DNA of 49,773 nucleotides from a virus (Duplodnaviria; Heunggongvirae; Uroviricota; Caudoviricetes): IMG/VR virus record IMGVR_UViG_647533158_000006; one strand, 5' to 3'. Shown piece by piece: positions 39,431 to 49,171 of this stretch (position 1 is its first letter; each line of letters starts with the position of its first letter). The notes under the pieces were generated by a model. It saw only the letters and a program-made list of their open reading frames with translations, ran no database searches and was not told where the DNA came from. The position numbers and the translations under genes were made by a program.

Positions 39431-39693
39431 CAACGTTAATTCCTTTCAAACCAGACGGGCGAGGTCCGTTTCAGTTCACGGCCAGAATCGGAGAATATGA
39501 AACATTCGCCCGCGTTCCGTTTAACCTGTATGCAAATCGTTACTACCTGGAACTGAAAGACAGTTCTGGAGACGTGATTGTTTACATGCCGCTGATTGCG
39601 TCACCTGACAGTTACGACATCAATCTGGCGCTGCCTTGCTCACCGGGGAAACTTGTTTTTCGCGAAAGTACGAATCAGTTTGAGGTTTCGTAA
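39427..39693 (+). CDS. Tail/baseplate protein (88 aa)
   Basis: Track ORF overlapping neighbours. Confidence 0.45.
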   Translation: MTTLIPFKPDGRGPFQFTARIGEYETFARVPFNLYANRYYLELKDSSGDVIVYMPLIASPDSYDINLALPCSPGKLVFRESTNQFEVS

Positions 39694-40700
39694 TGCGTTA
39701 TTACCGACTGGAAATTATTAATCCTAAAACAGGCAAGCCGCCAGTGGATAGCAATGGAAAACCCATTGGACCTTTTGATACCAGTGAAACACCAGGATGT
39801 GGGTTGCATGTTGAATTTGACTTTGAAGTAACCGGCCTGGATGTAGTCTGTTCGGGCACGATGCTGACGATCTATGGATTACCAATTGACATGCTGAAGC
39901 AAAGTGTAAGCTTGCAGGGGGGGCTGGTCCGTATGAAAGCAGGCTTTGTTCAGGGGTTACCACTGGCAAATAAGGATCAACAGGGGGAGGTAATCTATGG
40001 TGAAATTTATCTGGCATATGCCAACTGGATCGGCACGAACCAGACTTTAAACCTGGTAATAAATCCAAGCATACGCAAAACCGATGACGGTAAACCTTTT
40101 TCAATTGAGGGGCAGGGGGAAGCAGGCGAAAGGGTTGGCGATGTTTTAGTCCGCGCTTTGCAAAAAGCATATCCCAATAAATTGATTGATTGCACAGTCA
40201 GCGACAACCTGGTTTTGCCAGAGCCGTGGACGGGTAAATATACGGAGATTGGTTCTCTGGCTATGGTCGTAAAAAACGCTTCTATTGCGATGATGCGTAA
40301 TGAAAGGTATAGCGGAATCGCGATCAGTATTCTTTCCGACAGAATACGAATCTACGATAACGCATCAGCAAAGTGGGGTGAGCCAAAAACAATTCATGCC
40401 CATGAACTGGTCGGGCAGCCGACATGGATAGCGCCGTTTACCGTCAGCTTCAAATGCCCGATGAGGGGCGATATCAGATGTGGTGATGTGGTTAATTTGC
40501 CGGAGGGGCTTTATTCGGGCGCCGCGTCGATAGTGATGGCTAATACAATGGCTCCTGGCGTTATCTCCAAAAACTCGACCACGTTTACCGGGAAATTTCT
40601 TGTGAAATCGGTCAGACACATTGGTTCGTATCTGACAGCCGATGGCGATGCCTGGGTGACGGTATTCGAGGCATATGCTGAGAACTGGGCGAGGGTGTAA
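39693..40700 (+). CDS. Baseplate hub-like protein
   Basis: Track ORF in tail operon. Confidence 0.45.
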   Translation: MRYYRLEIINPKTGKPPVDSNGKPIGPFDTSETPGCGLHVEFDFEVTGLDVVCSGTMLTIYGLPIDMLKQSVSLQGGLVRMKAGFVQGLPLANKDQQGEVIYGEIYLAYANWIGTNQTLNLVINPSIRKTDDGKPFSIEGQGEAGERVGDVLVRALQKAYPNKLIDCTVSDNLVLPEPWTGKYTEIGSLAMVVKNASIAMMRNERYSGIAISILSDRIRIYDNASAKWGEPKTIHAHELVGQPTWIAPFTVSFKCPMRGDIRCGDVVNLPEGLYSGAASIVMANTMAPGVISKNSTTFTGKFLVKSVRHIGSYLTADGDAWVTVFEAYAENWARV

Positions 40701-41413
40701 TGTCAAACGCTCAAAAATTACCGTTTCTCCGAACGCTGTCGGAGATGATGACCAGTTCTGGTAACCAGCAAGCCGAGCTTAAAGGTCGTGAATTGCCCTG
40801 CCATGTTGTAGATGTCAGTGGGCAGATAGTGACCGTTCAGTTTGATATGTTGCCAGAGGGGATCAACTTTCCGCAGATAACAATCCCTGTCGCCACATTC
40901 CCGTATATCCGTTACCCGATACAGCCGGGTGATCGAGGAGTAACAATTTCCGCTGATGTATCCCTGCGCGGTGTGTCCGGGTTGGGAACAGGTATGGCGA
41001 CACTCTCTTACTCGATGTCGCTCACTCCACTATTTTTCGTGCCACTGGCAAACAAGGAATGGTCCGACGAAGATCCGCAAAAAATCGTTTTGTACGGTCC
41101 TGACGGCGCAATTCTCAAAACAGAGGATGGCAGTAGCTCGGTAACGGTGGCTCCGGAAGAAATCAGGCAAAAGTCGAAAGCTGTTTACCTCGAGGCCGAA
41201 GATATTTTCCTGAACGGGAAAATTCACCTCAACGGACCGATCGTCCAGGACAAAGCCCAGATGAAGGATACAACCGCTTCGCTGATTGGTCCTCTCAAGG
41301 TCGAGAAGGATGCAGTTATCAACGGCGTGAGCGTCAGCGGCCACAGTCACGATGTGACTGGCGTTCAAAGCGGCGGCAGCACGATTACGTCGAAGCAGCC
41401 AAATCCGGGTTAA
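40700..41413 (+). CDS. Baseplate spike (gpV-like) protein (putative)
   Basis: 237 aa, position before the W-like and J-like genes. Confidence 0.45.
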   Translation: MSNAQKLPFLRTLSEMMTSSGNQQAELKGRELPCHVVDVSGQIVTVQFDMLPEGINFPQITIPVATFPYIRYPIQPGDRGVTISADVSLRGVSGLGTGMATLSYSMSLTPLFFVPLANKEWSDEDPQKIVLYGPDGAILKTEDGSSSVTVAPEEIRQKSKAVYLEAEDIFLNGKIHLNGPIVQDKAQMKDTTASLIGPLKVEKDAVINGVSVSGHSHDVTGVQSGGSTITSKQPNPG

Positions 41414-41439
41414 TACCGGTTTATTTCACTTTAAATTCT

Positions 41440-41480
41440 ATCCATAAAGCGAAAGCCCCGAACTGTTGCAGCAGTTGGGG
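41440..41480 (+). terminator. Rho-independent terminator
   Basis: AAAGCCCCGAACTGTTGCAGCAGTTGGGGCTTTTTGTTT. Confidence 0.6.
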
Positions 41481-41539
41481 CTTTTTGTTTCTGACCTTGA
41501 ATAAGGCAAGGGATAATTACGTATGTTTGGAGGTCTTCC

Positions 41540-41707
41540 GTGATTAATTTTAGCGGAGGAGACTGGATTGTGGAAGCTCTAAAATTGCTCGAAAGAAGTC
41601 CGGTTCTAAGAAGAATGTTTTATACAGTTCTTATAGTTATCGGAGGGTTTGCTGTTGCTAAATCTCTTCCGGGAATCGCAGAGATCATAAAGGTTCTAAA
41701 TGGATAG
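41540..41707 (+). CDS. Small single-pass membrane protein (about 55 aa, GTG start)
   Basis: Hand translation VINFSGGDWIVEALKLLERSPVLRRMFYTVLIVIGGFAVAKSLPGIAEIIKVLNG; GGAGG 7 nt upstream; below the track cutoff. Confidence 0.3.
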   Translation: MINFSGGDWIVEALKLLERSPVLRRMFYTVLIVIGGFAVAKSLPGIAEIIKVLNG

Positions 41708-41770
41708 CGAACTGATTCCTAAGGCTAAGACAACTCCGCAAGGAGCAGATAAAGCTGTGAGGATAATCGT

Positions 41771-42118
41771 ATGAGAACATGGGGCCGCGTCACCGACGCG
41801 AACGGCAACAAAAAATGGGTTGCTGTAGAATCTGACGCCAACGGTGATTTCTCCTACGGCTGGCTGACGACGCTCATTCAGACGTTAAAGCTGGGGTTGG
41901 GGGAGTCGCCGTTTTACGCGAATTACGGTATTCCAGCGCAGCAGTGCATCGTGCAGCAAATTTACCCGGACTACTATGTGAACATGGTTCAGCAACAGTT
42001 TGCCGGGTATTTTGCATCACTGGCAATTTCAAGGGTAGATGGGACTGAGAACCCCACCTATAACATCGATGTTGTGTTTTTTAATGGGACCAGCTACCGG
42101 ACGCAGGTTCCGACATGA
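41771..42118 (+). CDS. Baseplate wedge gpW/gp25-like protein (putative, 115 aa)
   Basis: Size and position between the spike-like and J-like genes. Confidence 0.4.
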   Translation: MRTWGRVTDANGNKKWVAVESDANGDFSYGWLTTLIQTLKLGLGESPFYANYGIPAQQCIVQQIYPDYYVNMVQQQFAGYFASLAISRVDGTENPTYNIDVVFFNGTSYRTQVPT

Positions 42119-42149
42119 AAGCATGTTTTTACTTGCCTGATGCAGTCGG

Positions 42150-42233
42150 TGACTCTAAACTCTGCGGACTTTTGTATCTGGCTAAAGTAAAAATCGTGGT
42201 ATATAGTCGTTAACAACGACTGAGGGACAAGAC
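42150..42233 (+). promoter_or_regulatory. Candidate promoter (extended -10 TGGTATATA) with 7-bp inverted repeat AGTCGTT-AAC-AACGACT at the transcript start
   Basis: Directly visible: ...gtaaaaatcgtggtatatagtcgttaacaacgactgagggacaagacATG. Confidence 0.45.
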
Positions 42234-42806
42234 ATGGCAATAGGTTACGCATTCGCATTGGCGGCAATTACGCAGCAGGTTAATCAGATTAATGAATCTG
42301 TTAATGGTGCGTTTCTTCCGTTGATCTCAAATGCTTGTGAAATGCCGCAGAGACTTAATGCTGAAGAAGCTTTCAGACGTTGTTCTGCAATTGCCGGGCT
42401 ATCTCAGGAAGTTGAAAACACTGCTACCGCAGGAATGCGTCATCTTGAAGCGTTCCGTGATGGAAAGTTAGTGGCGGATAACCTTCCAGAGGATTTTTTG
42501 CCGCATCTTGACGGTTTGGCAAAAGCATGTCGCGGTGCGAAAATACACATCGTGGAGATGTTTTCGGTCGCGGAAAAATCGCCGATGTGGCAGGGGCATT
42601 TGGGCATGCTTCGTCCGCTGAAACGGAAGTATGTACGCGCCTTAACTGCCGTTGAAAATACTGCTGTTCAACTGGCCGCAGAAGTTAAACAGGTTTTACC
42701 TGCGCGGCCAGAATCTTTACCATCTCAAGTTACTCGCGAAGAGGCGATTAATCTGATTACAGCATCCCACAAAATGCTGGGCGTCAACACACCGAAATGG
42801 ATGTGA
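42234..42806 (+). CDS. Hypothetical helical protein (190 aa), first gene of an embedded cassette
   Basis: Track ORF with GAGGGA ribosome-binding site; no recognisable family. Confidence 0.55.
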   Translation: MAIGYAFALAAITQQVNQINESVNGAFLPLISNACEMPQRLNAEEAFRRCSAIAGLSQEVENTATAGMRHLEAFRDGKLVADNLPEDFLPHLDGLAKACRGAKIHIVEMFSVAEKSPMWQGHLGMLRPLKRKYVRALTAVENTAVQLAAEVKQVLPARPESLPSQVTREEAINLITASHKMLGVNTPKWM

Positions 42807-42807
42807 T

Positions 42808-43224
42808 ATGGCGAAGGTCAGTATAACAGGTGAGTTGTGCCATCTCGCGGCTGCGCACAAATACGCGCAAATGCTGGCAGATTTTCTTTCAAATGGTTCA
42901 CAATACTGGTGTTTTGGTTCGCTTGGTGGTTTCGAAAGAAATTATGATGCGATGGCCGCGAACATCAGAAAAATACACTTAAAGTTACCTGGTGATAAAC
43001 CATGGCCTCCAGATGCGCCGTTAAGTGCAAGAACCTGTGATAATTTCCTTGTTTTCGCACAGCACCTTTACGATGATGAGCACTACCAGATTCTTGCAAT
43101 CATAAACCCTGATGCACATCAGCGTGTGGATGCGATGCTTCCACGACTGGTAAGGCTTGCAGAGGAAAAATTTATTGAACTTTCCTCTGATGAGTTAGCC
43201 AGGCTAAAAACCTATGACGCTTGA
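42808..43224 (+). CDS. Hypothetical protein (138 aa), second gene of the embedded cassette
   Basis: Starts 2 nt after the upstream stop; followed by a terminator. Confidence 0.55.
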   Translation: MAKVSITGELCHLAAAHKYAQMLADFLSNGSQYWCFGSLGGFERNYDAMAANIRKIHLKLPGDKPWPPDAPLSARTCDNFLVFAQHLYDDEHYQILAIINPDAHQRVDAMLPRLVRLAEEKFIELSSDELARLKTYDA

Positions 43225-43225
43225 A

Positions 43226-43252
43226 CCCGCCGCAATCGGCGGGTTTTGCATA
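43226..43252 (+). terminator. Rho-independent terminator
   Basis: ACCCGCCGCAATCGGCGGG followed by TTTTGC. Confidence 0.6.
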
Positions 43253-43815
43253 TTTACCGGATGTAGCTTCCGGTATGAGGTAAATTCTCGGGGGCAGTCT
43301 AACTGCTACTTATTGCTAGATACACATTTTTCAAAGTTTTTTATCATGTCATTCAAGACTGAATTCATTGCCTCATGGGTTTTATGATCTATTCTTTATC
43401 TAGATAATCTTTATTATTTTTTTTGTGTTTTCTTTAGTGTCAGTAATTGCCTTTTTACATACTTGATAATTAGAGAAATGACTGTGCCCATATCTTTTAT
43501 ATTATATGGGTTGTGTAAAGTGTCAGGAGGAATTATCATAATAAATATTGTCGAATTTCATTGACATTATTCCAGATTTTCCATAGATGGAATCTGATAA
43601 GTATGCAGTATTCATATTTCCGGCAGTAAAGTTATCAGTATGACACAGAAAGCGCAGCCCGTATTGAATTTTTAATCTATGCATAGCATCGTTGCAGGCT
43701 GCTCTTATTAGACGGGTATGATTATTGTCTTATTCTTTATCGCATGCTGAAATGAAAGAGTGGATGCAATTAATAATAAAATTAATTTCTTCATAACTTA
43801 TCCTTGAGATTAACT

Positions 43816-45042
43816 ATGTCAGAAATACCAATTACTATGACCAGTGCGGGTGCGCAGCCTACGCCACCCAATGATTTACTCGCAAATCTTATCACCAGAG
43901 TTGCTGAAAAAGTACCTGGATATACAGCCAACCTTCCGGCGGGACTTATTACAGACCTTGCCAGCACGGCAGTCGGGGCGCTGGCATTAATAGACCAGGC
44001 GCGTGTTGATCTTATTAACTCCGTAAGCCCATACGGCGCGAATATTCCGTTACTGATGCAACTCGGAAACATTTATGGAGCACGGAAGGGATTAAGTACA
44101 AATACGGCGGTATACGTGGTGTTTGAGGCGTTGCCGGGGTTTGGCATCCCTAAAGGGTTTGTGGTTGGTGACGGTAACTACCAGTATGCAGTTTCCCGCG
44201 ATACGGTGGTACCAGAAAGCGGGCAGACTGAGCCAGTCTACTGTGTGGCTACAACGTCAGGATCATGGGCTGTACCGGAAGGGACTGTGACGCAGGTCAT
44301 TACCTCAGTACCAAAAGACCAGCCTGTAAAGTGCACGAACCTTAGCGCAGGAATGCCCGGTCAGGAGGCGCAAACGTGGGCATCTTACCGCGCCGAAGTC
44401 ATGGAGTCCGGCATGTTTGGTGTGCAGGGAACACCGGATTGCTTTAAAGCGATGCTCAAATCAGTAAGTGGTGTGCGAGAAAACCTGATTTCTTTCCGGC
44501 AGTCGTCGCTGGGGAAATGGGTTGCGGTTGTTGGTGGCGGTGATCCGTATGATGTGGCTTATGCGATTTACAAATCTGTACCGGATATTTCGAAACTGAC
44601 CAACGATGTTAGCAATCCATCCGGTGCGACAGTGGAAAAACGCACGGTTTCAATAACCGTTTCGCCGGACGTTTATCAGGTACCGTTCGTTATCCCGTCA
44701 TCACAAAACGTCATGGTGCTAATCACCTGGAACACGGTGTCTGATGATTATGTTGATCCGGCGGGTATTGCTATGGCTGTGCAGCAAAACGTTGCTGATT
44801 ACATCAATTCTATTGAAGTCGGTCACCCGATAAATCTTCTGCGTATCCAGGATATTTTTACCAGTTCTGTCAAGTTGCTGGTTGATGCGACGTTGATCTC
44901 AACAATCAGTGTGAGCATTGGTATTAACGGCCATATTGTTCTTCCGGCGAAAGACACAAGCCTGGTTTATGGCGATACCTATTCCTATTTTTCAACGGTG
45001 GCATCACAGGTTCAGGTCAACAAGTATGCAATATCTGACTGA
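43816..45042 (+). CDS. Baseplate J-like protein
   Basis: Track ORF 43804..45042; size and position before the tail-fibre genes. Confidence 0.5.
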   Translation: MSEIPITMTSAGAQPTPPNDLLANLITRVAEKVPGYTANLPAGLITDLASTAVGALALIDQARVDLINSVSPYGANIPLLMQLGNIYGARKGLSTNTAVYVVFEALPGFGIPKGFVVGDGNYQYAVSRDTVVPESGQTEPVYCVATTSGSWAVPEGTVTQVITSVPKDQPVKCTNLSAGMPGQEAQTWASYRAEVMESGMFGVQGTPDCFKAMLKSVSGVRENLISFRQSSLGKWVAVVGGGDPYDVAYAIYKSVPDISKLTNDVSNPSGATVEKRTVSITVSPDVYQVPFVIPSSQNVMVLITWNTVSDDYVDPAGIAMAVQQNVADYINSIEVGHPINLLRIQDIFTSSVKLLVDATLISTISVSIGINGHIVLPAKDTSLVYGDTYSYFSTVASQVQVNKYAISD

Positions 45043-45652
45043 GAAAATTCTCCCTGCTTATCCATTTGTGCAATACAGAGATGATCCGAATGTTGTTGCG
45101 TTCTTTGATGCATACAATGAAATTGCTCAGGAATACCTCGATTCACTCAACAATCTGGCATTGCCATGCTGGACATCGGAATCAATAACCGGGCAATTGC
45201 TGGACTGGATTGCTCTCGGGATTTATGGCGTTGAAAGGCCTTTACTACAAGTTTCCGAGGAGGCTATTGCACGCGGCGCATACGATACCATTGAATACAA
45301 TACGATCCCGTATGCAGCAATGCGAAATTACGTTCCGGGGCAGGCATCGTATGTTCCTGATGATTATTTTAAACGAATATTAACGTGGAATTTTTATAAG
45401 GCTGACGGCTCGCATTTCTGCATTGACTGGTTAAAGCGCCGTGTGGCGCGGTTTATTCATGGAAAAAACGGAATAGACCCGCCGTTACAACATACTTTTG
45501 ATGTGAGTGTGACTGTATCGGACAGTGTTTTTTCTATTCAGATACCAGAGTATGGCGATGGTATAGGCTATTTTCTGAAAGATGCCATTGACCAGAAATA
45601 TGTAAAACTCCCTTTTATTTATTCCTATGCAACAACGGTGATTCAAAAATGA
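45026..45652 (+). CDS. Baseplate/tail protein (gpI-like, putative)
   Basis: Internal start MQYLTEK of track ORF 44918..45652; overlaps the J-like gene end. Confidence 0.45.
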   Translation: MQYLTEKILPAYPFVQYRDDPNVVAFFDAYNEIAQEYLDSLNNLALPCWTSESITGQLLDWIALGIYGVERPLLQVSEEAIARGAYDTIEYNTIPYAAMRNYVPGQASYVPDDYFKRILTWNFYKADGSHFCIDWLKRRVARFIHGKNGIDPPLQHTFDVSVTVSDSVFSIQIPEYGDGIGYFLKDAIDQKYVKLPFIYSYATTVIQK

Positions 45653-47202
45653 TTCTTGGATTTGGCAATAACGTTGTTTCAGCACTGGCTGGCGATATCA
45701 CGACGATTCAGACTGATATTCCGGTGATGCCGGGCACGGGAGCTAAATTTGCAAAATTGCTTTCTGCCGATTTTGAAAATAAATCGAACGGGCAACGCGT
45801 CTATGCAAAAATTACGCTTACCGATAATAAAGAGTCTGCATTTGAGATTTGTCACCTGGTATCGGTAAGCGGTGATGTGCTGAAAGTCATTCGTGGGCAG
45901 GAAGGAACAACCGCGAAAGGTTGGTCCCTTAATGACGTTGTGGCTAACTTTGCCACGCGTGGATCGGAAAACTATTTCGTACAGATTGCGCAGCTTCAGA
46001 GCGGTCATTATATTGCGGGTGTTGCTGGCGGCACTGCAAATGCACTGACGCTGGAGCTTCCCGCGACGTTTTTTGTTAATGGAGGCTCGGACTGGACGCT
46101 ACGAACCCCGATTATCGTTTTCCCCGTTCAGAACAATACCAACGCCGCAACGCTTCAATTGACACTGGGCGGAAAGGTTCTTGGTACGTTCCCACTTTAT
46201 AAGGGGAACAAGTCCGGGCTGGTAGCGAATGATATCATTAAGGGTATTCCTTTGATTTGCCTTCTTGATAGCGAGAAAAGCTATTTCAGCGTGATAAACC
46301 CCGGCAATATCTATTCAGATTTTGATCTGCGATATGTAAAAAAATCTGGTGATTTGATGACCGGGGAGCTGAAAATCCGTGGTGTTAATGCATTGAGGAT
46401 TTTCAACGAAGCCTTTGGCCTTATTTTTCGTCGTTCGGAAGAGTGCCTGCATCTCATTCCCACTCGGGAAAATCAGGGTGAAAATGGTGATATTGGTCCT
46501 CTCCGTCCGTTCACCATTAACCTGCGGACGGGTGAGATATCCATGTCGCACAAAGTGTCTGTTGGCGGTGGTTCTCAGGTGAATGGTGCACTGGGTATCG
46601 GTGTTCAGAACGCGCTGGGCGGAAACTCAATTGCTCTCGGGGATAACGATACAGGTATAAAACAAAACGGCGACGGCATTCTTGATGTTTATGCCAATGG
46701 ACAGCATGTATTCCGTTTCCAGAATGGTGTGGCGATAGCGTTAAAAAATATTCAGGCCGGAAATGCTAAAAAATTCACGTTATCCAGCGCCAACAGTTCC
46801 ACGAAGAACGCAACGTTTAATTTATGGGGTAATTCATCCCGACCTGTAGTTGCAGAGCTTGGCGATGATTCTGGCTGGCATTTCTACAGTCAGAGAAATA
46901 CTGATGGTAGTATCACATTCGCTGTAAACGGACAGATGACTCCATCAAACTATGGAAATTTTGATGCCCGTTACCAGCAGCGGAATGGCGGTGTGCAGGA
47001 TGTGCGTTATGGTTCCGAAATGTATTACAACCCTGGCAGCAATGTAATCTCCTGGACATATCACGCTCCTGCGGGACACGGATTGTCAGGGATATCGATA
47101 TCGGATACTGGTAAAAATTCAGCGGATAATGTCAACGGCGTGTATTACCGCCCGCTTCAGAAACTGATTAATGGTACCTGGTATAACGTGGCGAGTGTTT
47201 AA
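45649..47202 (+). CDS. Tail fibre protein 1
   Basis: 517 aa, Gly/Asn-rich, followed by a chaperone-like gene. Confidence 0.6.
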   Translation: MILGFGNNVVSALAGDITTIQTDIPVMPGTGAKFAKLLSADFENKSNGQRVYAKITLTDNKESAFEICHLVSVSGDVLKVIRGQEGTTAKGWSLNDVVANFATRGSENYFVQIAQLQSGHYIAGVAGGTANALTLELPATFFVNGGSDWTLRTPIIVFPVQNNTNAATLQLTLGGKVLGTFPLYKGNKSGLVANDIIKGIPLICLLDSEKSYFSVINPGNIYSDFDLRYVKKSGDLMTGELKIRGVNALRIFNEAFGLIFRRSEECLHLIPTRENQGENGDIGPLRPFTINLRTGEISMSHKVSVGGGSQVNGALGIGVQNALGGNSIALGDNDTGIKQNGDGILDVYANGQHVFRFQNGVAIALKNIQAGNAKKFTLSSANSSTKNATFNLWGNSSRPVVAELGDDSGWHFYSQRNTDGSITFAVNGQMTPSNYGNFDARYQQRNGGVQDVRYGSEMYYNPGSNVISWTYHAPAGHGLSGISISDTGKNSADNVNGVYYRPLQKLINGTWYNVASV

Positions 47203-47204
47203 TA

Positions 47205-47750
47205 ATGTTGCATTTAAAAAATATTACTACGGGCAATCCGAAAACCGCAGAACAATATCAGATGACAAAACAATATGATGTCACCTGGCTTTTTTCGGAA
47301 GACGGCAAAAACTGGTATGAAGAACTGACAAATTTTGCCAGTGACACAATAAAAATGGTTTACACCGGAGACGGGCGCGTGGTGTGGGTCGGTAAGGATG
47401 TGACAGGAATTGAACCCCGTAACGCCAGTGTTATTGAAGTTCCTGATATTACCGCCAACCGCCGCATTACCGCACCGGGTTACTGGTTTTACCGCAATGA
47501 TGAATTTGTTTTCGACTACAAATTAAAAGCAGAAGACGAACGCGATGCTCTGTTAAAGCAGGTCAGTATCGTGACCAGCGAGTGGGAAAAAGACCTGCTG
47601 CTGGGATTAATCAGCGACGCAGACAGGGAAAAAATGAAAGCCTGGCGTATATATGCGAAATCGTTGCAGGCGATGGATTTCAGTGCCGTTACTGATAAAG
47701 TCTCATATAACGCCATTGAATGGCCCGTCTCTCCGGGAACCCTTTCCTGA
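47205..47750 (+). CDS. Tail fibre assembly chaperone 1
   Basis: 181 aa immediately after fibre gene 1. Confidence 0.55.
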   Translation: MLHLKNITTGNPKTAEQYQMTKQYDVTWLFSEDGKNWYEELTNFASDTIKMVYTGDGRVVWVGKDVTGIEPRNASVIEVPDITANRRITAPGYWFYRNDEFVFDYKLKAEDERDALLKQVSIVTSEWEKDLLLGLISDADREKMKAWRIYAKSLQAMDFSAVTDKVSYNAIEWPVSPGTLS

Positions 47751-47773
47751 TTTAATTTATCGCGAGAAAAACT

Positions 47774-49171
47774 ATGTCTGTAGTGATATCAGGTGCGCTG
47801 ATTGATGGCGCAGGCATCCCCATGTCCGGATGCCACATAATTCTGAAATCCCGGGTAAACACCTCAGAAGTGGTGATGCGCACAGTTGCCGACGTGGTTA
47901 CAGGAAACTGTGGCGAGTACTGTTTTAAGGCGCAGACCGGAAAATATTGCGTATATCTGAAACAGGACTGGTGCGACGAGTACTGTGTTGGTGATATCTC
48001 AGTTTATTACGACTCAAAGCCCGGCACGCTGAACGACTTTCTGGCCGCCCTTGATGAAGACGACCTGAAGCCGGATGTGGTGAAGCGTTTTGAGGAAATT
48101 GCAGATGCAGTCAACCGTCTCTCTGAACAGGTGAGTATTGACAAGGAGAAAGCAGAAGCAGCTGCTGATGCTGCAAAAAATGCAGCATCAGCAGCTCTGG
48201 ACAATACAAATAAGGCGGAGGAATTTAAAGAACAATCACGGAAGAATGCCGAAATCGCTGCGGGATGCGCGCAAAGTGCCGGACAGCACGCTTCGGATGC
48301 TGCACAAACTGAAAAGCAGGTGGAAATCCTGGCGACAGATATTCGACAGAATGCAGGCGATGTTTATCAGAACGTACAGCATGTTGAGCGTCTGGCATCA
48401 GAAGTTGCGCAGAATGCCAGCCAGGTGCATCAGAATACCCTGACAGTAACGGATGCAGCGCAGTCTGTGGAGCGGAATGCACAGCTGACAACGCAGTTAA
48501 GAAACGAAGCCGGTCGCTTTGCCGACGAATCCAGGAAAAGTTCAGAGGATGCAAAAGAGTACAGTGACAGTGCCAGAAAAGCGGTCGATGAACTGAAATC
48601 TGTCGGTACTTATCCGGCAGGGATAGCTTTTGCATGGCCAGCGGATATTCCCCCGGAGGGGTTTGCAATAATGCAGGGGCAGCCATTCGATAAATCTGCG
48701 TATCCACAACTGGCAGCTGTATTTCCGTCAGGTGTAATACCTGATATGCGGGGGTGGACAATAAAAGGCAAACCAGACGGGCGCGCAGTACTGTCTCATG
48801 AAGAGGATGGTGTTAAGCGGCACGGGCATACGGCAAAGGTATTACCGACGGATTTGGGAGCCAGGGAGACAAGTTCCTTTGATTATGGCTCTAAAAGTAC
48901 AGAGCATGGAGGATTGCATAATCACATTACCAACGGAGTCTGGACAGGTTCTACAACGAGGAACGGAGGAACAAAGTGGGACACGCCAGGATATATAGCG
49001 GATATAACAACCAGCAGCGGAGGCGAGCATGTGCATGTGGTTTATATCGGCCCGCATATTCATACCGTGGCACTGGGCGAGCATGGTCATGATGTCACAG
49101 TTGATGAGACGGGTAATGCAGAAAATACAGTTAAAAATATCGCGTTTAACTTCATTGTGAGACTGGCATGA
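47774..49171 (+). CDS. Tail fibre protein 2 (Ala/Gln-rich coiled-coil shaft)
   Basis: 465 aa with coiled-coil-like [15 protein letters not shown] repeats and a His-rich C-terminus. Confidence 0.6.
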   Translation: MSVVISGALIDGAGIPMSGCHIILKSRVNTSEVVMRTVADVVTGNCGEYCFKAQTGKYCVYLKQDWCDEYCVGDISVYYDSKPGTLNDFLAALDEDDLKPDVVKRFEEIADAVNRLSEQVSIDKEKAEAAADAAKNAASAALDNTNKAEEFKEQSRKNAEIAAGCAQSAGQHASDAAQTEKQVEILATDIRQNAGDVYQNVQHVERLASEVAQNASQVHQNTLTVTDAAQSVERNAQLTTQLRNEAGRFADESRKSSEDAKEYSDSARKAVDELKSVGTYPAGIAFAWPADIPPEGFAIMQGQPFDKSAYPQLAAVFPSGVIPDMRGWTIKGKPDGRAVLSHEEDGVKRHGHTAKVLPTDLGARETSSFDYGSKSTEHGGLHNHITNGVWTGSTTRNGGTKWDTPGYIADITTSSGGEHVHVVYIGPHIHTVALGEHGHDVTVDETGNAENTVKNIAFNFIVRLA

